Source of the DNA: Schaalia meyeri
GTDB taxonomy: Bacteria; Actinomycetota; Actinomycetes; Actinomycetales; Actinomycetaceae
Assembly: GCF_900105015.1 (NCBI RefSeq)
Contig: NZ_FNLK01000003.1
Span: 41,255 to 73,254, forward strand
Direction of reading: 5' to 3'
Length of the DNA stretch: 32,000 bases
Below are positions 28,337-32,000 of the stretch, one piece after another; the first letter of the stretch is position 1; every line of letters starts with the position of its first letter. The position numbers were made by a program, and so were the translations under genes. Under the pieces are notes generated by a model. That model had not been told where the DNA came from and did no database searches. It saw only the letters and a list, made by a program, of their open reading frames with translations.

Positions 28337-28623
28337 ATGTTGGTGGTTTGCCCCGCTGGTACCGGCAGGGCCATCGTCGAAAGAGCACAGCCACCCGCGT
28401 GGGCGGGGTCAACGCGTGTTCTTCGTGGTCCAGCGAAGCCTTACCCACGTGGGGGGTCGGTGCGCCGGGTCTGGCTGGGGCTCGACATTGCTCCAGCACC
28501 CCGCGCTCTTTGGCCCGGTGATCCTCGCCACGTCCACCCGAAGCACCGACTCCCCGCTCCCTCCTTGCATTGCGTCAACGAGCGCCAGGCCAGCCATCAT
28601 GGGTGCCGACGCCCACTGCCCCA

Positions 28624-28667
28624 CAGACAAAACGAGGCCGTGGCCAACTTCCCGGCCACGGCCTCGT
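28624..28667 (-). terminator. Intrinsic terminator ending the thrE / mini-ORF transcription unit
   Basis: Perfect 14-bp stem ACGAGGCCGTGGCC (28632-28645) / GGCCACGGCCTCGT (28654-28667) with an 8-nt loop. On the minus strand it is followed by TTTGTCTGT. It begins 12 nt after the mini-ORF stop. Confidence 0.8.
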
Positions 28668-28679
28668 CTGCGGGTCCCC

Positions 28680-28835
28680 CTAGCGCTTGAGGAGCGTACG
28701 CAGGACTCGAGCGGCGATGATTCCCCCGAAGATGATCGCGATGTTGCGACCGACGGCTCGGATCTCGTCGCGGTTGATCTCGTACTCAGCCTTGACACTC
28801 GGGGGTATCACGGCTACTTGAACCTGGACTCTCAT
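28680..28835 (-). CDS. Unannotated 51-aa small membrane protein, translationally coupled to the ThrE-family gene
   Basis: My translation: MRVQVQVAVIPPSVKAEYEINRDEIRAVGRNIAIIFGGIIAARVLRTLLKR*. Its ATG (28833-28835) overlaps the upstream TGA (28832-28834) as ATGA. It has a C-terminal hydrophobic helix with a basic end, and a strong terminator follows directly. It is below the size cutoff of the ORF track. Third-position GC is low in the first 10 codons. Confidence 0.4.
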   Translation of the reverse strand: MRVQVQVAVIPPSVKAEYEINRDEIRAVGRNIAIIFGGIIAARVLRTLLKR

Positions 28836-30217
28836 GCGTTTTCCTCCTCGTACTCCCACAGGTTGGGCACGCGTTCCTGCTTCTCCACCAGCCAGTTCTT
28901 GTCGGTGAGCATGCGTGACAGCGCCAGTCCCATCCCGATGGCGACGATCGTGAACAGAACCGTGAAGAGGGCGGCCAGCGCCTCGTCGGTCTGAGCATTA
29001 TTCAGGTAGGTGAGCGCTCGGTAGAGGGGGACTCCGGGAATCATAATGACGACGGCGGGAACGGAGAGGGTCACTCGAGAGAACCGTGTTGACCGAGCGA
29101 CGAACACCGCCAGCAGGCCGGCAGCCAGCGCGGCCAGACCGACCGCAGCTGGAACGGGAACGTGCAGCTCGAGCGCCAGCGCAATGCGTGAAGTGTTGAT
29201 GACCGCGCCGATCAAAGCAGCCGCGAAGCACACGCGATGCGGAGAATTAAAGAGCATTGCGAAACCGTAGGCGGCAACGAAGCTCGTGAAAAACCTCAAG
29301 AGGTAATGAAGCCACGGCACCAGGGACACGCCATACACCGGCGTCACCGACCAGCCGAAGATCGAGGAGATGGCCCAGACCGCAACGCCGGCGGAGGCTA
29401 CCAGCATCGCAACGTAAACGAGGCGCCCGATTCCGCCCTGAAAGTCTTGTCGCACGAGGTCGATCAGTCCCGTCACCAGCGGGAAGCCCGGAACGAGGAA
29501 GAGCATCGCGGAAATAAACCCGGCCTGGTGGGTGCTCTCGATGCCGAGGAACTGTTGTGCAGGGGCCACGAGGAGAATGTAGATGATGGCTGCCAATGCA
29601 CCGCACGCCATCCACACACCGAAGTGATTCATGTGGCGCACGAGCATTTGACGGCGCAACGCCTGTCCGAAGAAGGAGGCGACCGCGACCGCGGAACACT
29701 CGACCCATCCCCCGCCGTTAAGGAATGCGAAAGCCGCACAGGCCAGGCCCGAGGCGAGAGCGTTTGAGAACCAGTCGTACAGACCGGGAACGCGAGCAAT
29801 CTTGTCGAGTTCCTCGGAGACGTCCTCGACTCGAACGGATTTTCCATTCAAGGAAGCGACATAGTTGTTAATGCGATCGATCTTATCCGCGTTCACGCCC
29901 ATGAGCCGCTGCTCCGCGAGCTCAGTACGAAAGGTGCCGTTGGCGTAAGCGGTTGCGATGATCTCAGTGTATGTGACCTGGGCTCGGTGTTCCGAAATAC
30001 CGACCGCCTTCGCGACGTCCGCCATCGACTTTTTCACGCGATACGCGCTGGCACCAAAGGACAGGAGCATCTGCCCCAACCGTAGAACAACCTGAGACTG
30101 ATGGGACAAACGATCGTGTGCCGCCACGCGCTGGGCGAGCACCTCGTCGTTTTTGTGGTTGTGTTGTTGGTGTTCACCACGGTTGGGGTTGTTGGGTCCC
30201 TGTGTTTGTTGTGCCAT
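28832..30217 (-). CDS. ThrE-family (threonine/serine exporter-like, fused DUF1212 + DUF3815-type halves) membrane protein
   Basis: VVLRLGQMLLSFGASAYRVKKSMADVAKAVGI..., an IDRINNYV helix, then about 10 hydrophobic segments; 461 aa. The N-terminal MAQQTQGPNNPNRGEHQQHNHKNDE is encoded by the CA-rich low-complexity tract. The true start could therefore be an internal GTG near 30140. Confidence 0.75.
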   Translation of the reverse strand: MAQQTQGPNNPNRGEHQQHNHKNDEVLAQRVAAHDRLSHQSQVVLRLGQMLLSFGASAYRVKKSMADVAKAVGISEHRAQVTYTEIIATAYANGTFRTELAEQRLMGVNADKIDRINNYVASLNGKSVRVEDVSEELDKIARVPGLYDWFSNALASGLACAAFAFLNGGGWVECSAVAVASFFGQALRRQMLVRHMNHFGVWMACGALAAIIYILLVAPAQQFLGIESTHQAGFISAMLFLVPGFPLVTGLIDLVRQDFQGGIGRLVYVAMLVASAGVAVWAISSIFGWSVTPVYGVSLVPWLHYLLRFFTSFVAAYGFAMLFNSPHRVCFAAALIGAVINTSRIALALELHVPVPAAVGLAALAAGLLAVFVARSTRFSRVTLSVPAVVIMIPGVPLYRALTYLNNAQTDEALAALFTVLFTIVAIGMGLALSRMLTDKNWLVEKQERVPNLWEYEEENA

Positions 30218-30460
30218 GGTGTGTTGTTCCTTTGTTCTTGTGTGTCCCTGTCCCCCCTGTTTTTGGTTTTTGTGTTGTTTTGGTGTTTCTTTTCTTTGTT
30301 TTGGGGGGTTCCTCGTTGGTTGGTGTGAGGAGTCAGAAAAGAAGAGAGAGGGTGGGGGTGGTGTTTGTTGTGTGTTTCAGTGAATCTATCGTAGTGGAGG
30401 ATCCACGACCCCGCGCGCTCGTGCTCTGGGTGTGCGCGTGGTGTGGTTGTGCGCCCGCTG

Positions 30461-30520
30461 GTGTTGTGTTGTGTGTGCTCTGGGTTCGCTGTGTTGTGTT
30501 GTGTGCGCTCTGGGTGCGCG
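30461..30520. repeat. 30-bp tandem direct repeat (2 copies, 27/30 identical) with a third partial copy upstream
   Basis: GTGTTGTGTTGTGTGTGCTCTGGGTTCGCT (30461-30490) and GTGTTGTGTTGTGTGCGCTCTGGGTGCGCG (30491-30520). The core GCTCTGGGT also occurs at 30423-30431. Confidence 0.85.
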
Positions 30521-30546
30521 TGTTGGTGTGTGTGGGTATGCGGGTG

Positions 30547-30587
30547 CCCCCCACCCTGGTCTCCTGGCTGGGAGGGGGGGTGGGGGG
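30547..30587 (-). terminator. G/C-dominated hairpin just downstream of 5S rRNA (candidate rrn operon terminator or processing stem, no U-tract)
   Basis: CCCCCCACCC (30547-30556) pairs perfectly with GGGTGGGGGG (30578-30587). The 21-nt loop contains CTCC/GGAG. It starts about 23 nt after the 5S 3' end on the minus strand. Confidence 0.4.
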
Positions 30588-30609
30588 CGTGTTGTTTTTG
30601 TGTGGTTGT

Positions 30610-30729
30610 GTTGTGGCGGTGTCCTACTCTCCCACGACCTGTCGATCGCAGTACCATTGGCGTTACCGGGCTTAGCTTCCAGGTTCGGAATGTTGCTGGG
30701 CGTTTCCCCGGTGCTATGACCACCACAAA
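30610..30729 (-). rRNA. rrf: 5S ribosomal RNA
   Basis: The reverse complement reads (G)TTTGTGGTGGTCATAGCACCGGGGAAACGCCCAGCAACATTCCGAACCTGGAAGCTAAGCCCGGTAACGCCAATGGTACTGCGATCGACAGGTCGTGGGAGAGTAGGACACCGCCACAAC. It has helix I end-pairing and conserved CCGAAC and GGGAGAGTAGG elements. Ends are good to +/- 3 nt. Confidence 0.92.
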
Positions 30730-30919
30730 CTTTGTGTCCAACCTTACCGATCCCGCACGCCACCAACGCTCGCGCGCGTGCGTGGGTGTGCGTGGGGGGG
30801 GTGGGTTGATCGTGGTTTGCATAGTGGTTGCGAACAGTTCGCGTATGTGTGTCCCACACGCGCTCCCGCCCCCCCCTTTTTTTTCTGGTGTTCCAGGTGG
30901 GGGTGGGTGTGTGGGGTTT

Positions 30920-32000
<1,081 letters not shown>

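Noticed and set aside
28218-28994. A 258-aa plus-strand ORF and the overlapping 28337-28690 (+) and 28409-28798 (-) ORFs in the transporter/thrE intergenic region.
   Set aside because: They cross two strong intrinsic terminators and overlap the thrE 3' end. Their composition (Pro/Arg/Ser-rich, no hydrophobic core pattern) is not protein-like.
30461-30520. Possible CRISPR array, suggested by ~30-bp direct repeats.
   Set aside because: There are only two directly abutting copies with no spacers, no palindromic repeat structure and no cas genes anywhere in the window.

Overview
High-GC (by eye about 65-68%) actinobacterial chromosome, almost certainly Actinomycetaceae-like; this placement is an inference from gene content and synteny, with no database search run. 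Nearly all of the window is housekeeping. Positions 1-19.3 kb are one co-directional minus-strand block with tiny gaps or overlapping stop/start codons: rimP-nusA-ylxR-infB-rbfA-truB-ribF-rpsO-pnp-M16 peptidase-dapB-GNAT-dapA-rnj-PfkB kinase-ftsK. This order is well known from Streptomyces, Mycobacterium and Corynebacterium. The ftsK ORF is missing from the supplied track because it runs off the left edge. From 19.3 kb the content becomes more accessory. It holds a divergent Ala-rich lipoprotein, then a secreted GH33-type sialidase carrying C-terminal choline/cell-wall-binding-type repeats. Next comes ilvBNC with a leader terminator (attenuator), then a divergent YidE/AspT-type transporter. 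A ThrE-family exporter follows, with a translationally coupled 51-aa membrane mini-ORF. The window ends in the 3' end of an rRNA operon (5S and partial 23S, minus strand). I see no transposase, integrase, tRNA, CRISPR array or recognisable defence, toxin or secretion cluster, and I cannot support a novel multi-gene system here. The most unusual items are listed here. (i) The sialidase/cell-wall-binding-repeat fusion sits at the synteny break. (ii) An extremely strand-asymmetric tract (GT-rich on +, so CA-rich and U-poor in RNA) lies between 5S rRNA and thrE, with a 30-bp tandem repeat and long G-runs. (iii) The unannotated mini-ORF is coupled to thrE. (iv) The ilvB attenuator has a candidate leader peptide that is not obviously rich in branched-chain codons. 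Many long ORFs in the track are antisense or alternative-frame artefacts of high GC and were rejected. Several true starts lie downstream of the ORF-track starts (pnp, rpsO, ribF, rbfA, ilvB, rnj, dapA).
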